A stretch of DNA of 64,000 nt from a virus. Both the position numbers and the translations under genes were made by a program. The stretch's first letter is position 1. The number at the start of each line of letters is the position of its first letter. The notes beneath the pieces are model-generated. The model saw only the letters and a program-made list of their open reading frames with translations, ran no database searches and was not told where the DNA came from. Below, piece by piece: positions 8,700-19,700 of the stretch. The stretch lies in the IMG/VR virus record IMGVR_UViG_3300025704_001538, positions 1 to 64,000 of that record, one strand, 5' to 3'.

Positions 8700-11647
8700 G
8701 CTGTACAATTAATACTTATGTTGACACCCGCATTTATTTGTAAATTTTTATTAGTAAAATCATTATTACACCCAATATTTGATACTGTTATCGTACTACC
8801 GTTTATACTATAATCTAAACCGTCTTGAGATAAAGTACTTAGTGAGTTTTCGACCGCCGATAACCACTGTTGACTTGACGGATAATCACCACCACCATAT
8901 CCCGTATAAAAAAGGTCTTTTCTTAACAAAGTACCACTTAACCTAATATCGACATACCACATACTTGTTAACGTGTTTAGTGTACAATCACTAACATTAT
9001 AACCTTCACCCGCAACTGCGGTGTTAATGCTATTTATAAGTGTTGTTTGCGGGTTAGTTAATCCGATATCACAACTAAGTGTTTGGGTGACACAATCAGC
9101 ACCTAATAATTGACCGGTAAATGTACACGGTATACATGGAATTGGTACTAACTCACACCCTCTCTGTCTCCTCCATACTACTTTTTGTCTTTGTAAGACA
9201 TTATTTTCCATTTTTTGACCACCCATCCAAATGGTAGATGCGGGAATCATCTGTTCAATAAGTTTCATCCAGTAGTCACCAATACCATTTGTGAAATCAA
9301 TCATTTTTTGGTAAGTGTACTTATTTGACGGTATACCTACGTTTTCTTCCGACTGTATATATTTCCAATAAACCGATTGTAGGGTTGGGTATCCTCCTCC
9401 CTTACCGTCAGTTATTGTTTGTCTATTTCTAACGTTTATCATATTACGATAGAACGTCTGCGCAAATTCAAAGAAAGTTTTTTCTTTTGGTTTTGGATTG
9501 ATGACGGTCCAATCCGTACCTTCAGGATAGGGGTATGGTGAAGTTAAACCTGTCGATGGGAAAGGGTAATCATATTTTTTTGACATATCCCATATGTCAT
9601 ATATAATACCCTGACCCATATTTAATCCTAAGTCAATATTTTTTCTATTTAAAACCAATCTTTCATCATCGACAATGTAGTAAGCGTTATAACCCGCTTG
9701 GGTATTTCTTCTTAATCCTGTTTCGTCATCTGTCCAAGATTTGTTATTATCCTTTATAGTAGTAATACCAAAACCCAAATCCATATATGGGAAATGTCTA
9801 AACCTGTTAAAGTATTTTTCACCATATGTGAAGGGCTCTAACTTAGTTTGTACATCAGGATTTTGCCCTGTAAAAACAGAATTATCGGTGTCTATTCTAA
9901 CAGGCGCTCTATGTTCGGGTGTTTGTTCATACCATCCCGAACCCTTTTCGAAGAATATATCCTCCGTAGGTGTCATGGATTTCGGATATCCATACTCGTC
10001 GACGGGATAATCACCCCTTGTACTATCTACAGAAGTTATCGATAATTCTGTGGTGAATCCCGTATACTGTACTCCTTCAAAACTAAAAGTGACGTTAGGA
10101 TTTAATACAGGAGTTTCAGTAGTTTTGGTACCACCTGTTATTGTTGCATATTCTTCGTTGAACCTATCTACATTAATTGGTCCGTCAGCCAAATATATGG
10201 TCTCATTGAACTCAATTAATGCCTCAGGAGCTCCTATCATTCTCATCAACGCCTCTATTGACCTTCTAGTTCCCTTAGATTTGAATAGATATGCGGAATT
10301 TAATATTAGATTCCTGTAGTATTGATAATCTAATTCAGTCGGCGTTTTATCTCTAGTTTGTCCAGGGTATATCGATTGGTTTTTAGTTCCGAATATACTT
10401 TGTAAGAAGTCATCATTAGTTATTAAAGATATGTTAGTGTCCCATCCTAATGTCTGTGCTAAGTTTTTTAAAAGTTGTGAGGGTATATCGTTTTTTACTG
10501 TGTAGTTAACCGAATTCATAAAAGCCAATGCGTCAATGAACTTTTTAGTTTCATCAAAACTTCTACCGTACAACTGCAATACCTTCTCTACTTTTTTACC
10601 CTGAGTATCAAAGTCTTTAAAAGCTCCCGTTGTTAAAAATCTTGAGATTAAGTTTGACCTAAACTCGTCAATATCATCTGCGATGATGTTTAACCTCTCC
10701 ATATATGATTCAAACTTCCCTGTTCGAATATCTAAATTCCAAAAACCATCTAATGGCCAAGTTACCTTTTGTCTAGTTTTATAGAAGTTACCATCTTCTC
10801 CCTCCCTCATGAACTCAAATTCCGCAGTATACTTAGGAGACACCAAACGATTCAATAAAAAGTCTTCAACTTCATCAAACGGGTCTTTAAATGCCTTTTC
10901 GGTTTCAAACTTATTTGGCTTTAATAGAATACTTTTTGTTGAATTTACTTCACCACTAAATGGGTTTCCTTCAACTACCACAGTTACGGTACCCGCCGAT
11001 AACCTCGGCGATGCATCAAAATCAACAAATTTATATTCAGTTTCTAAATCTTCAAGGAATAGGGCGTATTTTAAAAAATTTCTTGTTAAATTTCTTAATG
11101 GACTAACCTCTAAAGGACGAACAGAAATGTTACGGTCAGCATTTTCAGAATAATCAATATCAAAAGTATTCTTAAATGTAGTAACGTCTAATTCAAAAGT
11201 TGTAAGACCTTCAACATTATCATAAGTTATGTTATACGCGGTATACCCTGTATTTAAACCGTAATAAATTTTGTCTATCTGAATTGCGGCAGGAAAATAA
11301 TTTATTACCTTAGTAATAGACGATGAAAATCTTTTCCTTATTGAACCATAAAGTGAAAAATTAGTTACTTTAGATAAATCAAAATTAGGGTATACCCTAA
11401 AATTTTTGGCCATAATAATTTTAGACTCTTCTAAACTATTAAAATCTAAGTCGTTGAGGGATATCGGAGCGGAAAACACTCCCGTGTCAAAAGTTCTGTT
11501 AACCTTTTCAACAACGTTAGTGGTAAACTCAAAATTTCCTTGCGTAAGACCTCCACCATCAATCAGTTGAAAACCTACGAGTTCATCTGAAAAAGTCCCC
11601 CTAGCGTTAGGGGGAGCAGGTGGGTATCTATATTTATTGTCGGCCAT
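8696..11647 (-). CDS. Baseplate wedge-like structural protein (983 aa)
   Basis: LFKSKGTRRSIEALMRMIG resembles the YKxKGT motif of P2 gpI/T4 gp7-type wedge proteins; lies in the baseplate cluster. Confidence 0.6.
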   Translation of the reverse strand: MADNKYRYPPAPPNARGTFSDELVGFQLIDGGGLTQGNFEFTTNVVEKVNRTFDTGVFSAPISLNDLDFNSLEESKIIMAKNFRVYPNFDLSKVTNFSLYGSIRKRFSSSITKVINYFPAAIQIDKIYYGLNTGYTAYNITYDNVEGLTTFELDVTTFKNTFDIDYSENADRNISVRPLEVSPLRNLTRNFLKYALFLEDLETEYKFVDFDASPRLSAGTVTVVVEGNPFSGEVNSTKSILLKPNKFETEKAFKDPFDEVEDFLLNRLVSPKYTAEFEFMREGEDGNFYKTRQKVTWPLDGFWNLDIRTGKFESYMERLNIIADDIDEFRSNLISRFLTTGAFKDFDTQGKKVEKVLQLYGRSFDETKKFIDALAFMNSVNYTVKNDIPSQLLKNLAQTLGWDTNISLITNDDFLQSIFGTKNQSIYPGQTRDKTPTELDYQYYRNLILNSAYLFKSKGTRRSIEALMRMIGAPEALIEFNETIYLADGPINVDRFNEEYATITGGTKTTETPVLNPNVTFSFEGVQYTGFTTELSITSVDSTRGDYPVDEYGYPKSMTPTEDIFFEKGSGWYEQTPEHRAPVRIDTDNSVFTGQNPDVQTKLEPFTYGEKYFNRFRHFPYMDLGFGITTIKDNNKSWTDDETGLRRNTQAGYNAYYIVDDERLVLNRKNIDLGLNMGQGIIYDIWDMSKKYDYPFPSTGLTSPYPYPEGTDWTVINPKPKEKTFFEFAQTFYRNMINVRNRQTITDGKGGGYPTLQSVYWKYIQSEENVGIPSNKYTYQKMIDFTNGIGDYWMKLIEQMIPASTIWMGGQKMENNVLQRQKVVWRRQRGCELVPIPCIPCTFTGQLLGADCVTQTLSCDIGLTNPQTTLINSINTAVAGEGYNVSDCTLNTLTSMWYVDIRLSGTLLRKDLFYTGYGGGDYPSSQQWLSAVENSLSTLSQDGLDYSINGSTITVSNIGCNNDFTNKNLQINAGVNISINCTA

Positions 11648-12555
11648 TATCCTGTGATGTTTGTAAAGTTTTTACTAAAGTCTATATTACCACCTCGGTC
11701 TTGACGTACCTCGTATAATAGATTATTAAACTCATCACGAATTTCATATAAGTTGTATTGTTTGTAAATGTTAAGGTCACTATCGTATAACGTGTATACA
11801 CCGTCCTCAATAGATTTAGTCTGATTACCGTAAAGAGCAATCGCCAACGTATCGATATCATGTTCCGCCATTTCTATCTCAACACTAATCGGATTAAAAA
11901 ACGTATTCGTAATTATAATGTTTTGATTTGGTTGTCCGATAAATGGAGTGGCACTAGGTTTGTTGGAAGGCGCACTCGCGGGTGATACTGTACAAAATAG
12001 TAAGTCACTACCACTTTCTACGTATCTATATCTTATAGATTTTTGTGAAGAGTTTGTTAGGTTAGTAACTACGGGTTCACAATAGAAGGAAGATGTAATT
12101 ATTCTATAAAAATTAGTTATTTTACTACCATCATCATTTAGGTATTCTACTCTGTGACCAACTAATCCCTGATTAATAAATCTATTTCTATATTGCGAAG
12201 GAACCTGATTTAAATCAACGATAATACCCTTAACATTAGGTAATGAAGATAGAACTCCACAATCTGTTATCGTTGTTCTTATCTCTACAGGTCTAATATA
12301 AAGTGTATAAATACCTATTTCGTTAAACTCGTCGGCTGGTAATTTTAAATTATACATACCTCCTAATATCTCCACATTAGCATTACCACCAGTACTGTCG
12401 TTATGAAAATAAGGCGTTAAAATTTCACTCGCGTTTAGTTTTTTTAACTCAAAATCGTTAGTAACGTCTCTTGAGGGGGTGTAGTTCAGTATTATCTCCA
12501 CATCTTCGGGAGACATATCTGATGGTCTTGTTGTTCCGTATGTTCCTAACGCCAT
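11647..12555 (-). CDS. Hypothetical virion/baseplate-associated protein (302 aa)
   Basis: Long ORF tightly coupled to its neighbours in the structural operon. Confidence 0.6.
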   Translation of the reverse strand: MALGTYGTTRPSDMSPEDVEIILNYTPSRDVTNDFELKKLNASEILTPYFHNDSTGGNANVEILGGMYNLKLPADEFNEIGIYTLYIRPVEIRTTITDCGVLSSLPNVKGIIVDLNQVPSQYRNRFINQGLVGHRVEYLNDDGSKITNFYRIITSSFYCEPVVTNLTNSSQKSIRYRYVESGSDLLFCTVSPASAPSNKPSATPFIGQPNQNIIITNTFFNPISVEIEMAEHDIDTLAIALYGNQTKSIEDGVYTLYDSDLNIYKQYNLYEIRDEFNNLLYEVRQDRGGNIDFSKNFTNITG

Positions 12556-12556
12556 T

Positions 12557-13630
12557 TTACTCTTGTTCTTTTATTTTAAAGAAACCGTACCCATAAGATA
12601 CTAAGTCTCCCATATTATCGACTTCTCCGAGTCTCTGTATTCCTTCGAAAGCAGAAATTTTACCTCTATCAATAAATATTTGGGATTGTATTTCTGGCGA
12701 CGATACTACTCCAAATAATACTTCTTCTTTCGTAATTGGTTCTGCAGTAATCATATCCTCAGTTAATCCACTAGATTCCATGACAAAAACGGTCTTTTTG
12801 TTAGGATAATCAAAATAATTTACGTCTTGTATTGTATATGCAGTATATGATTCCGTAATCTCGGTGACTCTACCGTAGTTTTCATTTTTTCTTTTTACGA
12901 CAACAGATGTGTCATATTTTGTTGGTCCGTATAGTTTTAGTTCAGTTAACTTGGAAGATGTGTAACCTGATATATTAAATGTCTCATTACTAGTCTGACC
13001 TGAAATAGTATTATTAGAATCGCCTGTAAAAATATAATTAGCATTAAATGAAACATTTGCCCAATTTCCTGACTGTGGTGTAAAAGTGACCTCATTAGGT
13101 TCATTATTAATTTCAACAGGAACATTAGGTAGTGTTACTTTTTTACTTATATTTGTAACCCCCCATGGATTTTTTTGTGTTAATTTTATTAGGTAAGTGT
13201 CATCAACGGATGGATAGGTATGTTCCATATAATCAGGAAAAACCGCGGTAAATGGTTCAATTGTTCCATCTCCCCAATTAATTTCATAAGTAGATAATTT
13301 TAAAAACTTTTTAAACTCATCTGAGGTGTTATATACTTTAATGTTATATTGGTTGGTGGTATCCCCGCTAACTGAAAAATTACTTACCACGTCTTTTTGT
13401 AATATAAAACCGTCAAATCCACTATAAAAACCCATATCATCAAAGGTTTGCTTAAAAACTATGGGTATGGTAAGTCCTGTCAATAAACTACTTCCACCTG
13501 TACCACCACTTAAAACTGCAGTCATCGCAGAATATACACCAAAAGTATTTCCACTATAGGTTTTTTGGAAAACATCACTTTTAAGTGATTCTGGAGATAT
13601 TTTTATAAAATATTTTTCTTCATTCATCAC
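12557..13630 (-). CDS. Hypothetical structural protein with PKD-like motif (357 aa)
   Basis: INWGDGT...HTY PKD-like signature; operon context. Confidence 0.55.
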   Translation of the reverse strand: MMNEEKYFIKISPESLKSDVFQKTYSGNTFGVYSAMTAVLSGGTGGSSLLTGLTIPIVFKQTFDDMGFYSGFDGFILQKDVVSNFSVSGDTTNQYNIKVYNTSDEFKKFLKLSTYEINWGDGTIEPFTAVFPDYMEHTYPSVDDTYLIKLTQKNPWGVTNISKKVTLPNVPVEINNEPNEVTFTPQSGNWANVSFNANYIFTGDSNNTISGQTSNETFNISGYTSSKLTELKLYGPTKYDTSVVVKRKNENYGRVTEITESYTAYTIQDVNYFDYPNKKTVFVMESSGLTEDMITAEPITKEEVLFGVVSSPEIQSQIFIDRGKISAFEGIQRLGEVDNMGDLVSYGYGFFKIKEQE

Positions 13631-15012
13631 GGATTCATATATTCAAACCATTTTATTTCTGAGTTAGTTCCTACTCTTTGATTTGTTTCAACATCAAACA
13701 CTTCATAAATGTATTTTTCTGTGTCTAACTGAACTTTATAATAAAAAGACTTACTTTTATCGAAGTTGAACCTCTCAGATATTGAAGTTTGTCTTTTATT
13801 TAAAAATCTACTGAATTGACCTGTTTTCGCATTAAAAAACTTTGCTCCCATATAAAACGTATCGATATTTATGTAGTTTGGGTCCTTTAACCAATAAATG
13901 AAGTAACCCTCTTTATCCCCAATAAAGTCTAAAACGAAATTTGGTTTTTTTATCTCTACATTCGGTGGAGCTAATAATGGTGATGACGGACCCGAATTAC
14001 CAATACCCTGTGGGTCGTTGTTAATATCACCTCCAGACCCCTGACTTTGCGTAGATATACTCGGTGTCGGTGTTATAGAAGGTGATGGACCGGGGGGCCA
14101 TGGTGGGTAAGCGGGTGGTAAACCTGATGGAGTAATACTTGGTGTCGGTGTTGGTTCTACGCAACCACACCCAGAGGTACCCATTTGATTAAGGTCACTT
14201 ATGTAAATAGATAATTCAGGGTCAGGTATTATTGTTTCGGTATCTACATTTATAAGTTCATAACAAATACCCGCAGAAGTTACAGTGTAATTAGTATTTG
14301 GATAATCCATTGAGTTAAACAAGTTAATATCTAAATCTCTATATAATATTTGTGAGTTACAACTACTAAAAGTCGCTTTATATGAAGGACCAAACGTAGT
14401 ATTTGAATCTGTTTCTATTTTTGTATCATCTTCAACGATAATTCTTAAACCTGAATCACCTCCGCCAGGTGCAATAGAGGGCTGTGTTGGTCCGTTAACA
14501 AATGGGTTTGATATTATCGGGTCTGTATCCGAATTTCTAGTTTCTCCTTGTTGTGTGGGTATTATTATCGTTAAATATAGTTTTTGAGTCTCACTATCTG
14601 ATGTATCATAAAGGTCCAATTTAAAGAAACTTCTTTTAAAAGAATTTGCGTTGTAGTAAATTTCGGCCTCTGTAAAACATTCTCCACTAAAATTAGGATT
14701 TTCAGTAAAAACATAGTCATTCACATATATTGAAGTAGAGACAGAGGTCTCATTAGCTATGTCAGTATTTCTATTGTAAAATGAGAATTGATATTCAATC
14801 GATGACTTTATTTCGTTATTTTTAATCCAGTCTTTATGTGAGTATCTAGTCACCTCAAAATCCTCAATAGGGTTTATCACTTCTTGTAATACCTCATCCT
14901 CATACTTATCTACCAAGTCATCTCTACCAAGCATGTCGTTTTTTATCTCAATAGGAATATTGAGGTATCTGTCTCCTGGTTGTATGTTGAATCTGTACTT
15001 ATTCACAGTCAT
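13627..15012 (-). CDS. Hypothetical structural protein with internal Cys module and Pro-rich insertion (461 aa)
   Basis: ORF track; central segment CGCVEPTPTPSITPS..PPWPPGPSPSITPTPS. Confidence 0.6.
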   Translation of the reverse strand: MTVNKYRFNIQPGDRYLNIPIEIKNDMLGRDDLVDKYEDEVLQEVINPIEDFEVTRYSHKDWIKNNEIKSSIEYQFSFYNRNTDIANETSVSTSIYVNDYVFTENPNFSGECFTEAEIYYNANSFKRSFFKLDLYDTSDSETQKLYLTIIIPTQQGETRNSDTDPIISNPFVNGPTQPSIAPGGGDSGLRIIVEDDTKIETDSNTTFGPSYKATFSSCNSQILYRDLDINLFNSMDYPNTNYTVTSAGICYELINVDTETIIPDPELSIYISDLNQMGTSGCGCVEPTPTPSITPSGLPPAYPPWPPGPSPSITPTPSISTQSQGSGGDINNDPQGIGNSGPSSPLLAPPNVEIKKPNFVLDFIGDKEGYFIYWLKDPNYINIDTFYMGAKFFNAKTGQFSRFLNKRQTSISERFNFDKSKSFYYKVQLDTEKYIYEVFDVETNQRVGTNSEIKWFEYMNP

Positions 15013-16723
15013 CTATTAATGGTGAGTAAATCACGTTATTATAATTATTTAAATCTTTCGCCATCGGAGATAATAAGAATAAAATATTAGTGTATGGATA
15101 ATGACATCCGTTTAAAAATGGGTGATTGTATCCGTTACCATCCGTATCTATAAAGCCGTATGGATATATATCTCTCCATCTCCACTGATTATCGTTTTTT
15201 GATAAAAATGAGTAATCAGGTATTAAATCTACTTTATCCACGTCTCCTGTTTCTACATAGTCAGAATACGCAGCAATAGGAATTTTATAATGTGGTTTGT
15301 ATGCATAACCACTCGGTAAAGTATTAATACTATTATTATCAAATATCTGCGGGTTATATGATATCTTATGGTTAATCTCACTTAATTCAGTCTCGGCACC
15401 TTCGTAGTTATTATATTCACAAACCCCACCCATAATTTCATCACCTTTACTTAAATTTTCGTTATAGTAAAAAGTGGTGTCATTAATAGTATATTCACCA
15501 AAGGGTATATTGTCTCGATTACTGTAGTTGTCTACATCCCACCAACTATCAATATCATTTTTTAAGAAGTTCATATCCCACCCAACTTGTAATCCTGTAT
15601 TACTTGGGTTATTACCCAAATATGGATTATTGAACCATCCCATATATCCTTTATTAATTATCGTAACAAACAACTCCGTTATTGGTCTATCTAAATTATC
15701 TTTTAAACCACTTAAATCAATATCTTCATCAAAAGAAAACCCCACGGTTAATGACCCATCCTTAATTGATGTCCGTTGTATATTATTTGGTGTCAGTCCT
15801 GAATATTCTAACTTCTTTTTGATTGGGAATGGGTTGTTTTCAAAGCCCATCTTGGTTACGTCAGCATTGGTGGTGTCTGTCAAAATTTTATGAACTTTAA
15901 CGTAGTAATTAGATGTAGTCTCTTCTTTATTATTAATGTCGCCAACCCTTCTAAAATTTCCAGTGGAGTAGTTACCAAAAAGAACACTTTCAAAACCATA
16001 ATTAAAGATAGAAAACACTTTATCTTCATTACCGTATGAGTTATCACCTAAAGTATAAACCTCAAAATATCTCTTACCATCTATTTCATCCTTTGTATAA
16101 ATCCAATCACCAATAGATAGATTATGTTTAATACCACAATAAAAAGTTATTAGATTTTTACCTGAATTTTGTCTATTAAGTATGTAGTACGGTACCCCAT
16201 CGGTAACTACAAAATTATTAATGGACGTACCACTACTAAAGATAACCTTATGTTTCATAAGTTGGTCCTCTTTATTCTTATAACCGTAAGAAACATAACT
16301 AGTCCAATTATATGTTGTCGCACTTTTATTAATAAACGGGACATGACCTTCAATTCCCCTTGTTCTGTAAAAAGTAAATTCATCATATTGTGGATAACCT
16401 TCCCATATAATAGAACCATTTTCTAAATTATTTAATTCGTTTGTGTAGTATAAATTATTCTTAAATGGGGTGTACTGAGTCCCTCCCGATATTACATTAT
16501 CAAATATATTTGTAATTTTACCCACTATTCTAAACTTACTAGACTTTTGTCTTTCATCGTCAAATTGTTGTTCTAAATTTAAAATTTTGGTTCTGTCTCC
16601 CTCAACTTTATTCCTTCTATTACTTTGTAAATCTACATCAATTCGCATATCGGAGTTTGAAGACCCAGCAAAACGGTCCTCACCCCTAACAATCCGAATT
16701 TCGTTAGATTTTTTATTACTCAT
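14999..16723 (-). CDS. Hypothetical structural protein (574 aa)
   Basis: Long ORF overlapping both neighbours in the baseplate cluster. Confidence 0.6.
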   Translation of the reverse strand: MSNKKSNEIRIVRGEDRFAGSSNSDMRIDVDLQSNRRNKVEGDRTKILNLEQQFDDERQKSSKFRIVGKITNIFDNVISGGTQYTPFKNNLYYTNELNNLENGSIIWEGYPQYDEFTFYRTRGIEGHVPFINKSATTYNWTSYVSYGYKNKEDQLMKHKVIFSSGTSINNFVVTDGVPYYILNRQNSGKNLITFYCGIKHNLSIGDWIYTKDEIDGKRYFEVYTLGDNSYGNEDKVFSIFNYGFESVLFGNYSTGNFRRVGDINNKEETTSNYYVKVHKILTDTTNADVTKMGFENNPFPIKKKLEYSGLTPNNIQRTSIKDGSLTVGFSFDEDIDLSGLKDNLDRPITELFVTIINKGYMGWFNNPYLGNNPSNTGLQVGWDMNFLKNDIDSWWDVDNYSNRDNIPFGEYTINDTTFYYNENLSKGDEIMGGVCEYNNYEGAETELSEINHKISYNPQIFDNNSINTLPSGYAYKPHYKIPIAAYSDYVETGDVDKVDLIPDYSFLSKNDNQWRWRDIYPYGFIDTDGNGYNHPFLNGCHYPYTNILFLLSPMAKDLNNYNNVIYSPLIDDCE

Positions 16724-19700
16724 TCTAAGTTAAAAATATATTTCTTTATATACCTATTCATTGCGGTTTTACCTCTTCTTAAACCAAAGTAAAAATGAAA
16801 TGGATTACCCACTTTAAAGTTACCTTTAGCCAAATCGTCTGATAGTAAGTCAGAAATTACACCACCAGAAGAGTCTTCACAACTATTGGGACTATTCACT
16901 GGAAATTCGTCAAGTTCGGAATCACTACTACTTCTATTGTAAATATAACCAAGCCCATATCCTGAGTTAGGTTTCATATATTTTCCACTACCTTCAAAGA
17001 AGTCGTCCCCTTGATAAGTCGACGCATATATACATGACGTTTCCCATGTGTTTTGTTCAGTACCGAATAGTCCATTATCTTTTATCCTCCACATATAAAA
17101 AGGTATCACTTGAGAATTAGGGTAACCAAATGAATTAGTTGGTCCCTCAACTTCTGTACCGAATGTGGTAACTCCGTTTGTAATTAGTCTTCTATTCTGA
17201 GTATTAGAACTAAACCATATTCCAAACCTATCATCCTGTACGGTAATACTATCTTCATAGTTACCGTCAAGATAAGGTATAACCCCAAATTCACTGTTTA
17301 TACTTATCATTTGAGCAAAATCACCATCAACTCTTGAATCAAAAGGATTGGTTATAAAGTCGGCAAATGCAGTGCCGTCAGCTATTGTATCAAACTCTCT
17401 TGAGAATATCGCCCCCACACTAGCGTCCCCCGCTCCTAATAATGTCTCTAAGAAACCTGCATTTGCAAGTCTTGATACCGCAAATAAGTTTATAATCGTA
17501 CTTATATCCTTATATGATGATGACGTAACTAAATCAATAAAATAACCCTCAAACTCAGGTGAAAATGATATTTCTTTAGTAAACTCATCTCTTGGACCTA
17601 GCTCCATTATTGTAGTAGGACTCCATATATTTTTTTTGTTTTGCCCTGTGTAGTAATTTCTACCCGGTTCTTGTCCAACAAATTGATTACTCTCGTCATC
17701 ATATGGAGTACTTCTATAGAAGAATGAGTTGGTATCAGTATTAAAGTATAGTGGTCCCTGATTCTTTCTGTTATCCCAAAATTGTTGAGGGTCACCACAA
17801 TACCTATACCTTGTTGGTTCATTATCGCTATTAAATAATGTTTGTTTTTGTATTGCGGGCATATATAAGGTTCCATTTAACCAGTTATTTTGAAACATTT
17901 CTCCAATAATTCCTTGACATAGCGCATACATAAACCTTATCCTAACTCTCCATTCAAAGAACATAAGGATATCTCTTGGTATTGAGATAATAACCCTCTT
18001 AATAACAAACTGATAGCATCCGTTTACAACTCGTTCAGGACCCGTCCATACTTCATTTTCACTTAAATAACAAGGACTCGATATATCAAAATCTTCCCCA
18101 TCCCCTTCGTAACAACCTAAAGGAACCATCCCTCCACAACTAAATGAAGAAATGACGTTAGCTACGGTTGAGTTCGCGTCTTCTAAATCATCAGCAGAAT
18201 TACCACTACCATCCGCAGCTCCTATAACTTCACCTTCAGGTGTTGTAATAACACCATCATCACTTATGAAATACGTTTTTTGAATATTATTCATATGTAA
18301 TGTGTATCTTCTGAATTCTTTTGCGTCACTTTCAAAATTTTCAAAGAAGTCACTCGATGGTAATCTATCGGAACGGAATACAATTTTATTGGATTGTGAC
18401 ATCCATGTGTGTGGGACTCCATTAGGGTACGTACCGTCACCGTTTTGTTCGTAATTTTTGGGTAAGTACAATGGGGAGACGCTTGTAATTCTATGTGCTG
18501 AAGAACCTAATTCTCTACGTTTTTTATTATTGGAGGTTCCGACAAAATCAGCGTATTGGTATCCGCACCCTTCAATCCTTTTTTGCATCCAAGGGTTCAA
18601 CCCTGATTCAGGGAAGTTTTCATCGGGTAAGCTCACACCAAAATCACCCATGTAACCCGGCATGGCGTTACTTATTTGTCCATCAAGTGAACAATATTTA
18701 TTAAAACTGTATGTTTTAAATGGTTGCCAATTTGACGAGTTTGGTGTAAATGTGTATGAAGAGTGATATAGTTTGTTCGCGTCACTCCAGTTACCTGACC
18801 CTCCTCCGTTATTCGAAGAGTACCACTTTAAACTACCAGGACTGTCTATTTCATAGTGTGGTGTTGGAGATTCACTATTTGTCCACCATTCATCACCACT
18901 ACCTCCCCCGTTAGGTTGAATCGGTATATTCATATAATAATCACCTTCAACTACTCTAGCACCTACGTAATCGTTCTGACCGTTGATACCAAAACCGAAT
19001 AATTTAGATAAATCGTATCTCATTTTTTGTCTCGGAGTATATACATCAACACCCCTAACAAAAAAGGCGACAACAATATTTTCATAATCATCGTATGACT
19101 CAGTAACCTTTAAATTAGATATAAACCCTTCTTCTTCAGAAGCTTCTTGTTTACAATTAATCTTACTTCTATAGGTCCTTACGAATTTTTTCAATAGGGC
19201 ATCGTTTTCAAATTCCTTTAATTGCGTACTCATCTCATTCAATGTCATCGATGTGAGTACTTGGAAGTATTCAACCCCACTTTTAAACGTATAATAGGAT
19301 GTGGTACTTGTATTAATTAAATTCGCATACCCAACACCAGTCTGTCCATTGGCCTGAACATATGGGACTTCCACTTGAGTATATGTGTTTGGGTTACCAT
19401 TGGTACTTCCTGTAATAGACTCATTACCGAATTGGTTCCCGTTCTCATATGTGTTAACGTTGGGGTCGTTAATTTCATTTAAATCGTTAAAGGTCATTAG
19501 TGAACCTGTAGTTAGGTTGGTACCTGGGTCAAATAAGAATACGTTACACATATCTGTCCAAGGAGCGCCGTTTTGTGGTCCAAAGTCATCGTTAACACAA
19601 CTAACTTGTATTCTATTTGTGGTCTTTCGTGATGAATAATTAGACCCGCCTGGCATGTTATTAAATAAACCATTCATACCCGCGTCACCAAAATACATAC

